Positions 23,618 through 35,266 of a stretch of 64,000 nt of DNA are shown here, piece by piece. This DNA is from Octopus sinensis (lineage: Eukaryota), in NCBI RefSeq assembly GCF_006345805.1, contig NW_021835998.1, forward strand, positions 147,410 to 211,409, written 5' to 3'. The notes beneath the pieces are model-generated. The model searched no databases, had not been told where the DNA came from, and was given only the letters and a program-made list of their open reading frames with translations. Every line of letters starts with the position of its first letter. The first letter of the stretch is position 1. Both the position numbers and the translations under genes were made by a program.

Positions 23618-25399
23618 TGTCGCGACCCACGCTGGCGACCATCCAACCTTCATTTTGACAGGTTATGACCTTCAGTGATGTATTTTTGACATTAATTGCG
23701 ACCATCAGTTGACAGGTGATATATCGATGTATTTTTGTATTAATAAAAAAAAACTAAAGACATTTTAACACTTAAAAAAATTAACACTTTTTAACTCTGT
23801 TCATAGTAACTATCTTGGTTTCATTTCCTAATTCGATCTAAATGTTAGGAAAAACAACTAACCATTAATCTGTTATTAGACATTATATTTTTTACTTTTC
23901 CCTTTTCTTCATATGGGGATTCAAATCTGTGTAGCTTCAATGACGGATTCGTCCCACAATCTTTTAAGATTCGAACCTAAACTGTTATTATTTAATTATA
24001 CCTCATTCCCTATTTCAAAATCATATTTTGACCTGTGTACTCCCATCTTTGTATTCATTCTTTTAAAATAAGATGAATTCATGTCTGGAGGAGTGAAATT
24101 AAAAATTTTGTTATTCGTTTCTAAAATAAATACATCGTAAATTTACCACTAAGTTCATCTTCGACAAACAATGCCTCATTATTTTCATCTAAATTATAAA
24201 TAAGATTATAACCTGGTATTTCATGAATCACAGTGTTAATTCCAGAAATACCCCTAAACTTTTTGAAGGGGGTCTCATTGATCGCCGAGTGGTGTGTCGT
24301 ATTATAAGAAAAAGTTACTGTGTCTAAAAATCGTTTCCAATTTTTAGTTCCCTCTATTTCCATCATTTTGGCCAGAGCACGAGTTAAGGTTTGGTTAAAC
24401 CTCTCAATCACACCCTAAGTTATATAAACTAACAAACTTGTGACTGAGGATGGTTTGGCCTTCCATAAATATGCTTAATTTTGTTTTCCTCGCATAGTTG
24501 AGCCATAAGTTGGTTTTTGAATTCCAACCCGTTGTCCGTTTGCAAGATCTGACAATATCCAATTTGATAAAACAATTTTTGGAATTTATTCACCACTTCT
24601 TCAATTAAATTTTAAGTCTTACCAGAAGCAGTTTTATTTTTTAAAGATTTGCAGACAACAAATTTGCTGTGGATGTCAATAATTGTCAGTATCCAATTAA
24701 ATCCATCGTTAAACTCTTTATATCTTCTTACATCAATAAGATCCGCCTGGAATCTTTCATTGGGTTTTCCTGCAGTTACATGGTAATTAGAATCCGACAC
24801 CTAGGTATATTTTTTTTACATACTTTCAATGGTAGGGCAAATTTACAAATTTCGCAGTCTTTTATAATTTGTTTGATGATTGGACGTTTTACAGTGAAAT
24901 AGAATTCACTGCACTTTTTCTGAAGCTTTCGTATTCCCCAGTGGGATTCTTGGTGAATGGCGAATGCTAGTGTCCTCATCTCCATTTCATTGTCCAGACA
25001 AATGACCAATTTGTGTTTTTGGTTATTCTCGTCCTTTAGATAAAGACTATGAGTTAGGAGTCGCAAATATACCGATCATTAATAATGATAAATTGAGTCG
25101 CTTTTTTCATAAGTTTGTATTTTTCTGACTTGGATGTAGTCATCACTGGTTGTTGAAGTAGTACACTTCTCAGATTTTGGTATTCACTGTCGTTTTTCAC
25201 GTAGCCTAAGAATTAAGACTATATGAGCTAACATCTTTTGAGAGAAACCATAATTTTTTTCTAAAACGACGCTAAACCATTTCTTAAAATGAATTTTTTC
25301 CGGTTTAAATATCAAACTAATCACCTGTCAAACTGAAGGTCATAACCTGTCAAACTGATGGTCGCCAGCGTGGGATGGTCGCCAGCGTGGGTCGCGACA
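23618..25399 (-). mobile_element. Complete Ginger-like integrase DNA transposon, 1782 bp
   Basis: TIR TGTCGCGACCCACGCTGGCGACCATCC at both ends, TAGTA duplicated at 23613-23617 and 25400-25404, subterminal TGACAGG repeats. Confidence 0.92.
23781..25251 (-). CDS. Integrase-type transposase, 423 aa after removal of eight micro-introns
   Basis: Exons 25251-25233, 25205-25073, 25046-24824, 24800-24623, 24598-24438, 24414-24147, 24120-24002, 23976-23863, 23837-23781 total 1272 nt with no internal stop; HQESH..CEIC, FQADLID, QTDNG, D35E GVIERFN. Confidence 0.88.
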
Positions 25400-26039
25400 T
25401 AGTATTATTTTGAAACTCGCTAAAAAGTGGCTGTAGACTACTACAAAAGTAACAAAAAAATAATCAATAAAATAGTGGAAAAAGATAGAAATACTAAAAA
25501 ATCCAAATAGACAATAGAATAGAATTAAATTTAATGTAAAAAGTTATGAATGGAGATGAATTAATTGATAAAGTGAATATAAATTCGCTTGCAAAATAAA
25601 CTTTATCCAAGATATTTTACCAGTAGTCAAATTAATTAATCTTCAAACAAATAAATAAACTTTTTTCTGCATTTTGGTTAAAATGAACAACTACAATGTA
25701 AAGAAATCACTAATTAAGAGGCGGAACCGCAGACGAGAGGAGGATCGAGGCGGAAAAAAAAAAATAAAAATAAAAATAAATAAATAAACAAAAATGTTAA
25801 ACAATAAAACATTAATAGCAAGAAAAAAATGAAATAAAATTTAACAAACAGAAGCACAACAGAAGATAAAAAAACATTAATAACACGTGATAATTTATTT
25901 CAATTAATTCGATAAATTTCGAACATTTAAAAAATTATATAAATAACATTTAATATTGTCAGTCATTTTGAATTCAATTAAGTTTTTTTTTCCAAAACGA
26001 GCTGCTTCCCGGATTCAAAAGCGAAAAGCGTACAGCCGT

Positions 26040-26390
26040 CTGGACGTCGGTTCCAGAATAGAAGGGAAACCAGCTTTTTCCAGAGCTTTATGAATTAGAT
26101 TGTTAATTTCAGTGTGTCGAGGAAATCGGCCGGCGCTCATTTGACAAGACAGAGGATGTAGCCCAAAGGCGTCAACTTTATCCCCACAACGACATCGGTG
26201 AGGTCTGCAGACAGGGAGTCCAAGGCGATTACAGATACCCAAACGGAGTGAATCCCTATCGAGAACAGTATCCAAAAGCGGAGAAGGGAGTACATTGAGC
26301 CAGGAGCCTGAGTATGGCTGACAGGCGGAACGGAAACAAGCCAGTCTGTGTTGGTCGAGGAGTGGTTCCAAGTCAGTTGAAGATCGACGG
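26040..26390 (-). mobile_element. CRE-like zinc-knuckle fragment
   Basis: QHRLACFRSA..HRCRCG..HPLSC..RHTEIN. Confidence 0.8.
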
Positions 26391-26423
26391 CAAAGAATTT
26401 TGTCCCAGTCAGTTGAAGATCGA

Positions 26424-27820
26424 GGTACCTGGACGACGCGACCATTGGCGGCTCTGTGGAATCCATCACCGAGAACCTATCCCGCCTAATCCCTGCTTTG
26501 CGCATCCTTGGCCTAGAAGTTAACGTGAATAAATCGGAACTCCTAAACCTCAACTACCCTGAGGCGGATTTTCTGAATGTCAATATGATCATCCAAGACT
26601 TCATCACTTGTGCACAAGTAACCCAGCCATCAGAAGCAACCTTTCTTGGATGCTCTTTAAGCCCATCTGGCCTAAAGGCCCATCTGGCGAAGAAGGACAT
26701 GGAATTCTGTAACCTCAAAAGCAGTCTCTTGGAGTTAGACTCGCACATCGCTTTTTTCCTCATGAAAAGCAGTATACAGTCTGTAACAGCAAAAAGGAAT
26801 ATTCTTAAAACACCATTTAAAATTAAATAATATTCATTTTAAATATTTAAATCACTCTAATGACATTAATTATTATGTAATTACGTTTTTATAAATTTTA
26901 AAAATCTTTGAAAATACATAATTTTAGTTAATTATTTGAAATTTTGTATGAAACACACAGCAAAGCTTACTAAACAATTTTTGAATGAAAAAAATGTTGA
27001 ATTGTTGCAATGGCCCCCCAATCTCCTGATTGTAACCCAATCGAAAACTTATGGGGAATAATTAAAGAGAAAATAGCAGAAAGAGCGCCTCAGAATTTAA
27101 AAGATCTAAAGGCCGAAATTTTAAACGTTTGGAATGAATTTGATAAAGAAATATGCAAAAAATTGTCGTTAAGTTTTAGAAAAAGAACATTGGACCTTCG
27201 TCGTGCCAAGGGAAAATATATTAACTATTAATTCAATGGTTTTTATTGTTGGGTTTTGATATATTACTTTTTGCTGTTACAAAATTTCAAATAATTGACT
27301 AAAATTATGTATTTTCAAAGATTTTTAAAATTTATAAAAACGTAATTACATAATAATTAATGTCATTAGAGTGATTTAAATATTTAAGATGAATATTATT
27401 TAATTTTAAATGGTGTTTTAAAAATATTCCTTTTTGCTGTTACAGACTGTACATATGCCAAAACTTCTTTACACGCTCCGCTGCTTGTCATGCTACTCGC
27501 ATCCAGACATTCTGTCTTCCTTGGAAAAATCATTGAAATTCTGCGCGGAAGCAGTTCTGAACATTTCCTTTGACGAAATCGGTTGGACTCAAGCAAAACT
27601 TCCCGTCAGGTTCGGAGGGATCAGTCTTCGCTCGCCTAAAAATCTGACGCCACATGCACATTTCTCTTCAATTTCCAGAAGCCGTCAACTTGTCCGAAAG
27701 GTTCTACTCCCCTTCAACGAACTCTCTCTGGAGTTGCCGACTGCCGACTTCCTAGAATTCTGGACTGACGCGAACCTACCCCTCCCGTTCGACATGTCCG
27801 TGCAACGGGAATGGGATAGA
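26424..27820 (+). mobile_element. CRE-like RT C-terminal fragment interrupted by a Tc1-like element
   Basis: YLDDATIGG..FFLMKSSI[insertion]HMPKLLYTLRC..QAKLPVRFGG. Confidence 0.8.
26777..27449 (+). mobile_element. Internally deleted Tc1-like element with ~170-bp IR-DR-type TIRs
   Basis: CAGTCTGTAACAGCAAAAAGG ends, TA flanks, inner repeat TTTTGCTGTTACA, QSPDCNPIENLW. Confidence 0.85.
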
Positions 27821-28137
27821 GGGGGTCAGCCTACCGCGAACAAAACTCTCTACGTGACCCCCGAAAAGATCAGTGGGAGTGGCCTCCTGTTGAAAATTTT
27901 TGACAAACTTTACAAACAAAAACATTTGACACAATGTGTCATTGACGAGGTTCACTGTGTTAGTCCGGTCAATACATTGTGATTTTTAGTGGGTGATGAC
28001 TTTCGTCCATATTATAAACGATTTTATTTGCTCAAAACCGGGTTTAGCTGAGTTCCATTTATGTTGTTTACAGCCACGGCAACTGAGCGTGTGAGGATTG
28101 ATATCCTTCATCAAGTCCAAGTGAGTACTCCTAAATA
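27821..28137 (+). pseudogene. RecQ/BLM-family helicase fragment (copy 2 at ~34950-35266)
   Basis: LYVTPEKI..VIDEVHCVS|W..DFRP..VPFMLFTATATERVRIDI; 22-nt intron 27968-27989; frameshift and stop present. Confidence 0.8.
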
Positions 28138-29963
28138 CAGTGAACCCTCTCTATAGTGAACAGGCCATATTAATGCAATCTACAATAACAAATATCAGTA
28201 ATTCTCATTAATATATTTATTATAAAATGAATACCACGTTTAAAAATGTATAATATCATTTATTTAAATATTTTTGTGTTCACTATTAAAGAATAGTGAA
28301 CGTCAAATTTTTGTGAACATAAAAATATTAAATTTAATATTTTTACATATATATTTAAAATTCTTTAAAATGAATAAACTACACGTTCTACAGTTGTTAG
28401 CATGGTGGAAAATCGAAAACGCCTGTCATTTTTTCAAAAGAAGGAAATAATCGAATTTTATCATAAAATAGACATTACACACAGCGCGATTTATCCCTTT
28501 ATTTCAATGTTTCTCTGGGCTGCATAAACAAAATTTTGAAAAATTCTGAAGGAATACTTAATGTTCAAGATGACCAAAAAAAGAAGAAAATTTACTTGCC
28601 CAAGTCTCAACCATTCGACAGAGATCTATTTGAATGGTTCGTTAAAAAACGATCATTTGGATTTACAATCAATGAATATCTTTTGAAGTCCATGTCTCTA
28701 AAAATGGCGAAAGTTTGTAATATTCAAGGATTTCAAGCATCAAATGGATGGCTTGAGAAATTTAAAAATCGATATTGCATTGCTTCCCGTGCTTTATGTG
28801 GGGAAAATTAATTTGTTGAAACCTCTGTGATTGAAAATTTTACAGAAAGCCTCAATAGAAAATTAGAACAATATTGTTCAAAAAATTTTTTTAATTTGGA
28901 CGAAACTGGATTGTTTTTTAAACTTTTGTCGAACAGAACATTAGCTGTTGACTCGGACAAAAATCTGTCTAATAAACCGATAAAAGAAAGAGTAACTGTT
29001 ATGTTTTGCGTTAGTATGATGGGAGAAAAACTTGACCCATTTGTTATTGGAAAAGCCAAAAATCCACGCTGCTTTAAAGGAAGAAGAAATTTAATTAATA
29101 ATTTACAAGTGGAACTCAAATCAAATAAAAAAGCATGGATGACATATGGTTATTTCTCAGAATGGCATATAGAATTGAACAAAAAATGATAAAAAGAAAA
29201 ATTCTAATTTTACTTAATAATTCGACGTACACTTATATGATTTAGAATTCAGTAACATCAAACTCTTTTTTCCCCTCCAAATACAACATTGAAATTAAAA
29301 CCCAGGAATAATAAAATCATTAAAAGACAACTATAGACAACTCCTATGTGCATACTTGATTGAATTTTATATAAATGATAGCAATGTAGATCACGAAAAA
29401 GTTACGGAAAAGTTGAAGAAATTTACTCTATTGAATTGCTTGATATCCATAAATCAAGCTTGGTTAGAAGTGTCGGAATTAACAATTACAAATTGTTTCA
29501 AGAAAGCATTTGAAAATGCGTTAATGCAGAACCTGACAGAAATAGAAGAAATAGATGATGAAAATTTTTTGATTCATGCAAATGATCAAATTGACGACGA
29601 AAACTTTATACAAAACTTCGCGAGAAAACTAAAACAGCAAGACCAAGTTGAAGAGGAAGAGGAAAAATTTATGTTCCGACACTATATGAAGCTAGTGAAT
29701 ATGCGAAGGCGCTTGAATTATGGTTTCTTGAGAATGATTATGAACAAAGAGGAAAAGTATACGAAATACAAAAAATTTTAATAAATTATCAAACTAATCA
29801 TTCTCAAAAAATCACCGATTACATTATTAAAATCTCTAAATAATCTTTGTAATTATACTTTAATATTGTTTATTATTATTTTGATTCCTTTTGTTCACTA
29901 TAGACAATAGTGAACATGATGTTTTGACGTGGACATTTTGTTCATTATAGAGAGGGTTGACTG
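28138..29963 (+). mobile_element. pogo/Tigger-like transposon, copy 1 (defective)
   Basis: TIRs CAGT(G/C)AACCCTCTCTATA, TA flanks, FQASNGWLEKFK, FNLDETGLF. Confidence 0.9.
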
Positions 29964-29965
29964 TA

Positions 29966-30430
29966 GTACAGATGAAAATCCACATTCACATAGCCATGTT
30001 GTTGCAAATTGTTACTAAACTTCCAGTGCTTACTTTGCAAGTTTCGGAAACCTAACTTTCGGAGATCAAGGCCGCCTACGACAGTGGATAAGGCATCCAA
30101 ACTGGGAGTTGAGATCTCCAAGTCATTAGTTACTAAACATGTTTATTCTGCAGTTCTGAAAGTGGGTTTCTTTTTATACCAAAAATCATTTTAACATCTC
30201 AAATCTTTGTTGAAATGTGGCACTTATCAAATTGAGTGATATTATTAACAATGGCCTGATATCCATTGGGATGCTTTACGTCATCAGAATTTCTCAAATT
30301 ATAATTTTAGCGTCAATTTTGGCTATTCAATTAAAGTAGTTAGCTCTCATCTTCAGCTGCTTTTGTCTGCATTGCAAACACTGTATTTAAAGCGGATTAG
30401 ATAACTATTCTTAGAGTATTATTTTCTTTA
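29966..30430 (-). mobile_element. hAT C-terminal dimerisation-region remnant (also in duplication copy 2)
   Basis: FPKLAK*AL..QFATTWLCECGFSS. Confidence 0.55.
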
Positions 30431-30515
30431 TTTAGGTAAAGCGTATTCATCTCCACTTGTGTCGTATGTATGGAATTAAACGAAGCAGGAAATTGAAAGG
30501 TCTGATATCCATTGG

Positions 30516-31312
30516 ATTCTCCTTTGAGCAGAAAGATCCATTATATGGGATCCCACTTGCTGTGACACATTCTCCAACAGGAACCTAGCCAGGTCTGCCG
30601 TCGACCCAGGCTTTGCTTCCAATCGCGCGGAAGATCTCAAAATCCTGAAGTACGGTCACCTCTCCAGCTTTGTTTTCACGCCCATCGCCGTTGAGACCTC
30701 TGGGGTCTTCGGCCGCAAGTCGCTTTGTTTCCTACGCGGTTTGGGGAGAAGAATCGCCAAAAGGAGGGACTACCCGAGAGAGTCCTTCTGGCTTCTTCAA
30801 CGCCTTTCCATTGCCGTAATCGGCGGCAACTGCTTCGCAATCCGTGAGGCTGGAAGAACGCCCTAACCTGCGTAGTCTTAAACAATCCTTCTCCCTTTTC
30901 TAGCTGTCTTTTAATACACGTTCGTCATAAAAAACTACAAACACTACAACTATTATACACATACCGAATTACTTTGTTTTTTAAATTTTTTGGTAGAAAA
31001 TTTCGGTTGGAACTTAAAAAAATCTTTATCTCAGAGACACATCTTTCAACCCAGCACGAAGTTGACTGACAATTCTGGAGTAATAAATACTCGGCAGGAG
31101 ATATATGTGAATTGATCATTTTAATTATGTTTAAAATATCATTTTTGAAGCTTTTTGTATATGTATTTTTAATAAATTTGTTGCCATTTCCAAATCCTAA
31201 CTTTCAAATTTTGTAACAATATTTGCAATAGCGACATTATTTGGAAACCTGGATTGTTAGAATAGCTTCGGATATTCAAATTAGATATCCATTATCCGCG
31301 AATGATTCAAAA
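30516..31312. repeat. Inverted copy of ~42072-42869 (CRE 3' end plus hAT fragment)
   Basis: ORF 30676-30885(-) is identical to 42498-42707(+). Confidence 0.92.
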
Positions 31313-32640
31313 GGAGAATGTAGTTAAGCCGTCAGGGCGTTTGCCGTCACCTCTGTCCAAACCGACAGGTTCGAGGACGGATGGCAAGGAGATGGCGGTT
31401 CTTAGACACTCGGAGTCTAGGAGGTTCCCAATTGAAGGGAGGGGGAAGGCATCAATCCAAGCACCGCTGCCTGGGTGACAGCCAGCACGAAGTCAGGCGA
31501 ACTTGTGTTGGTTAAGTTTTGCAGTGAGTTCTTTGTACAAAGACCGACATACAATCTCGTCCCACTGGCGCTGGTTGTCCTCGGACTCAGGCTGCTTCGA
31601 GTCAAATCGGGCCTTTTATAAGAGACCAGCCGCGACAAAATCTGCAGAAACTTTCCTTTCAGAAAGGTTTCGAAGAAAGATGTCTGAGAGAGTGCGGGAG
31701 GCAGAATGAGAGGACAGATAAGCCATAAGAGCCAAATCGGAACAGGATCTCGAACCAAGGCCGCCCCAGCGCACAGGTAAGGTCGCCTGAGACCAGCCAT
31801 AATCATCGAAAGCAAGATTGCATAGGGAGCTCATACTGAGCTTAAGAATGTAATCGAAATCAGATAGGAGGTCGCTTCTGTGGAAGCAGGGTGCATATCT
31901 TAGCGTATAAAAAACCTTGGGGGCGGAAAAGTAATTTCGCAGGAGGAAAAATGCGACGTGATGCTTGATGTTTTTAAGCCTCTCGATCATTTTAGCGAGA
32001 TTTGAAATTTTTTCAGAAAATGAAGCTTCTAGGGAGGAAGAGCCTATGGGAACCCCAAGGATGGATAGATTGGAGTTTTCGGTGATACGAACCTCTGGAA
32101 GAAAATTGCAGCAAAAAGAAGAGGCTGCAGAGAATAAACTATGTTGAAAGCCGATGTTCGCGATTTCAGATTTTTTTGCGTTGATAGATAGGCAATAGCC
32201 GAGAGTGATAGGAGGATAAACCCGCGGTCGTCGAAAACGACCTCAAGAGGACTACAAATGGTGCCGTCGTCCAGGTACCAAATGTTAGAAGGGGACCGGA
32301 CAGAATGGGCGATGCCATTAACGCCTAGGGCGAAAAGCACAGGACCAAGGGGATCGCCTTGCTGGACCCCAGTAGACGAGGTGATAGGAACGTCGTCAAA
32401 CATAAGTATGCTTGGGGATGCGTAAGCGAGATGTACAAGGGAGTATGCGGAAGGAGCCATTTTGCGGCAGCACTCCAGTAAGTGATCCTGTCTGATGGAG
32501 TTAAAAGCATTAGATACGTCCAGTTTGACCATGATAAACTCCTCGGAAGATTCTAACAGGTCACGATTGGAATGAGCCGCGGCCTTGCAACCATTGGAAA
32601 CGCCGACACCAAGTTGAGCGGACAGAAAGTTTGGAGACAA
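31311..32640 (-). mobile_element. CRE-like RT core to endonuclease (copy at ~42517-44180 continues to the ORF stop)
   Basis: QLGVGV, KLDVSNAFNS, GVQQGDPLGP, WYLDD, DGKRPDG. Confidence 0.88.
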
Positions 32641-32919
32641 ACAAGGGACTATGGCATGACAGAGAAGCTTAACGGAGAGCTTCCGGAAAACATTTTTAGT
32701 TTTTGGTTATTAAGTTAAATTTTGGGGTTAATTTTTTTAGTTTTTAGGTTCATAAAGTTAAATATTATGTTAAATTTTTTATTTTGTAGGCTAAAAATCG
32801 CCCTAAATATAAGTAAGAAAATGATGACATTTCGTGTCAGCGATTAACTGATAGATTCTCAAACATATTCGGGAGGCGCAGTTTCGGACCTTACCTGTCC
32901 TATGATCAATTACCACTTG

Positions 32920-33128
32920 ATATTCCAGCTCTTGAATATAAATTGAAATTCTTCGCGGTCCAAGGACCCTAGGGAATTTACTTTCCTCATTCAGAGGATC
33001 CTGCTGGCTGTCATGCGTGGCAACAGCTGTTCCCTCCGTCTCGCTGGGAGAATTTATTAGTTTGTTGACTTTACTTAGTGATTATAAATAATACCTGTAA
33101 CACAAAAAAAAAAAAAAAAAAAAAAAAA
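32920..33128 (+). mobile_element. CRE-like 3' terminus with poly(A) tail (copy at ~44450-44665)
   Basis: DPREFTFLIQRILLAVMRGN..stop, then a run of more than 20 A. Confidence 0.7.
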
Positions 33129-33279
33129 TTGAAATTTTTTATAAATTAAACTAACTTTGTAATTTTTTAAATAATGTAACAAAAACTAGGGGTGCTTTTA
33201 TACTTTTGGGAGAACTTAAATAAAAACAATTATGTTATTGAAAATAAAATTTTATTACAAATAAACAAGTGTCCCAAGA

Positions 33280-33560
33280 CTAATTTGACCCACTGTATAT
33301 TCTGGAATAAATCTTCAAAAATAAAAGAATTGGGATTTAAACAATTTGAGGTGATTAAAGGGGGCCTGGCTATAGATTTGCCAACAGTCTACTGTGAGCA
33401 ATTCAATACTCAAAGAAACCATGCAGACTTGATAACGATGATTTGAAATTAAAATGCAATCCTCATTTAATAGCGATGACATGGGGTTACTCTTCTTATT
33501 TAAATGATTAAATAATTTCTTTTGTTCTCGTTAATTTTTTTTATTTCATTTAGTCAAAGT
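33280..33560 (+). pseudogene. 3' fragment paralogous to the L-domain gene (copy at ~44816-45095)
   Basis: SKIKELGFKQFEVIKGGLAIDLPTVYCEQF plus similar 3' flank. Confidence 0.8.
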
Positions 33561-35266
33561 TTTACGTGTTATTTTAAAATCAGAAAAACGTAATCGAGTA
33601 AAAAACCCCTCTACATACAAAGTTGATCAACTAATTTTGCCAATGATATGGAGGATGACAAGTTTTTTCAAATATAATAATAATTTTGAGAAGATAATAA
33701 TACAAAATATATAGCTAAGGATATAAAAAATGAAAATCTTAATAAGCTAAATTTTCTTATAAAAAATTATAAAAAGTACGTTCATACTAAGACATGAATA
33801 CCCGTTCCAAACCGTACACGGCAGTGGAATATATAGAGTAATTTTGGACTTGGAAAAAAACATTAGTTTTACCGAAAATTATTGGAATTTGAAATGCGGT
33901 TTGAAAAATGGCGGATCAGCCAAATGAACGATGGCATTTTTGAAATGGAAAAGAATTAAAATGCGATAAAGTCATTAATTGACTAATATCAGGTGCTCCG
34001 GAGAAAATAACTCAACGTTCTTGCTCATTAATGATAAGAATAGTCCGTAAAAACCAAGAATTATTTGAAATTTTGTATGAAACACACAGCAAAGCTTACT
34101 AAACAATTTTTGAATGAAAAAAATGTTGAATTGTTGCAATGGCCCCCCAATCTCCTGATTGTAACCCAATCGAAAACTTATGGGGAATAATTAAAGAGAA
34201 AATAGCAGAAAGAGCGCCTCAGAATTTAAAAGATCTAAAGGCCGAAATTTTAAACGTTTGGAATGAATTTGATAAAGAAATATGCAAAAAATTGTCGTTA
34301 AGTTTTAGAAAAAGAACATTGGACCTTCGTCGTGCCAAGGGAAAATATATTAACTATTAATTCAATGGTTTTTATTGTTGGGTTTTGATATATTACTTTT
34401 TGCTGTTACAAAATTTCAAATAATTGACTAAAATTATGTATTTTCAAAGATTTTTAAAATTTATAAAAACGTAATTACATAATAATTAATGTCATTAGAG
34501 TGATTTAAATATTTAAGATGAATATTATTTAATTTTAAATGGTGTTTTAAAAATATTCCTTTTTGCTGTTACAGACTGTACATATGCCAAAACTTCTTTA
34601 CACGCTCCGCTGCTTGTCATGCTACTCGCATCCAGACATTCTGTCTTCCTTGGAAAAATCATTGAAATTCTGCGCGGAAGCAGTTCTGAACATTTCCTTT
34701 GACGAAATCGGTTGGACTCAAGCAAAACTTCCCGTCAGGTTCGGAGGGATCAGTCTTCGCTCGCCTAAAAATCTGACGCCACATGCACATTTCTCTTCAA
34801 TTTCCAGAAGCCGTCAACTTGTCCGAAAGGTTCTACTCCCCTTCAACGAACTCTCTCTGGAGTTGCCGACTGCCGACTTCCTAGAATTCTGGACTGACGC
34901 GAACCTACCCCTCCCGTTCGACATGTCCGTGCAACGGGAATGGGATAGAGGGGGTCAGCCTACCGCGAACAAAACTCTCTACGTGACCCCCGAAAAGATC
35001 AGTGGGAGTGGCCTCCTGTTGAAAATTTTTGACAAACTTTACAAACAAAAACATTTGACACAATGTGTCATTGACGAGGTTCACTGTGTTAGTCCGGTCA
35101 ATACATTGTGATTTTTAGTGGGTGATGACTTTCGTCCATATTATAAACGATTTTATTTGCTCAAAACCGGGTTTAGCTGAGTTCCATTTATGTTGTTTAC
35201 AGCCACGGCAACTGAGCGTGTGAGGATTGATATCCTTCATCAAGTCCAAGTGAGTACTCCTAAATA

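Larger units (their letters stand above)
26930..30500 (+). repeat. Segmental duplication A, copy 1 (copy 2 at ~34059-37645)
   Basis: Identical ORFs offset by 7129 bp (27010/34139, 27434/34563). Confidence 0.95.
31308..34063 (+). repeat. Segmental duplication C, copy 1 (copy 2 at ~42858-45599)
   Basis: Near-identical sequence; copy 2 has many 1-2 nt indels. Confidence 0.93.

Noticed and set aside
23618-25399. LTR retrotransposon remnant
   Set aside because: Ends are inverted rather than direct repeats, there is no gag/RT/RNase H, and the gene contains introns
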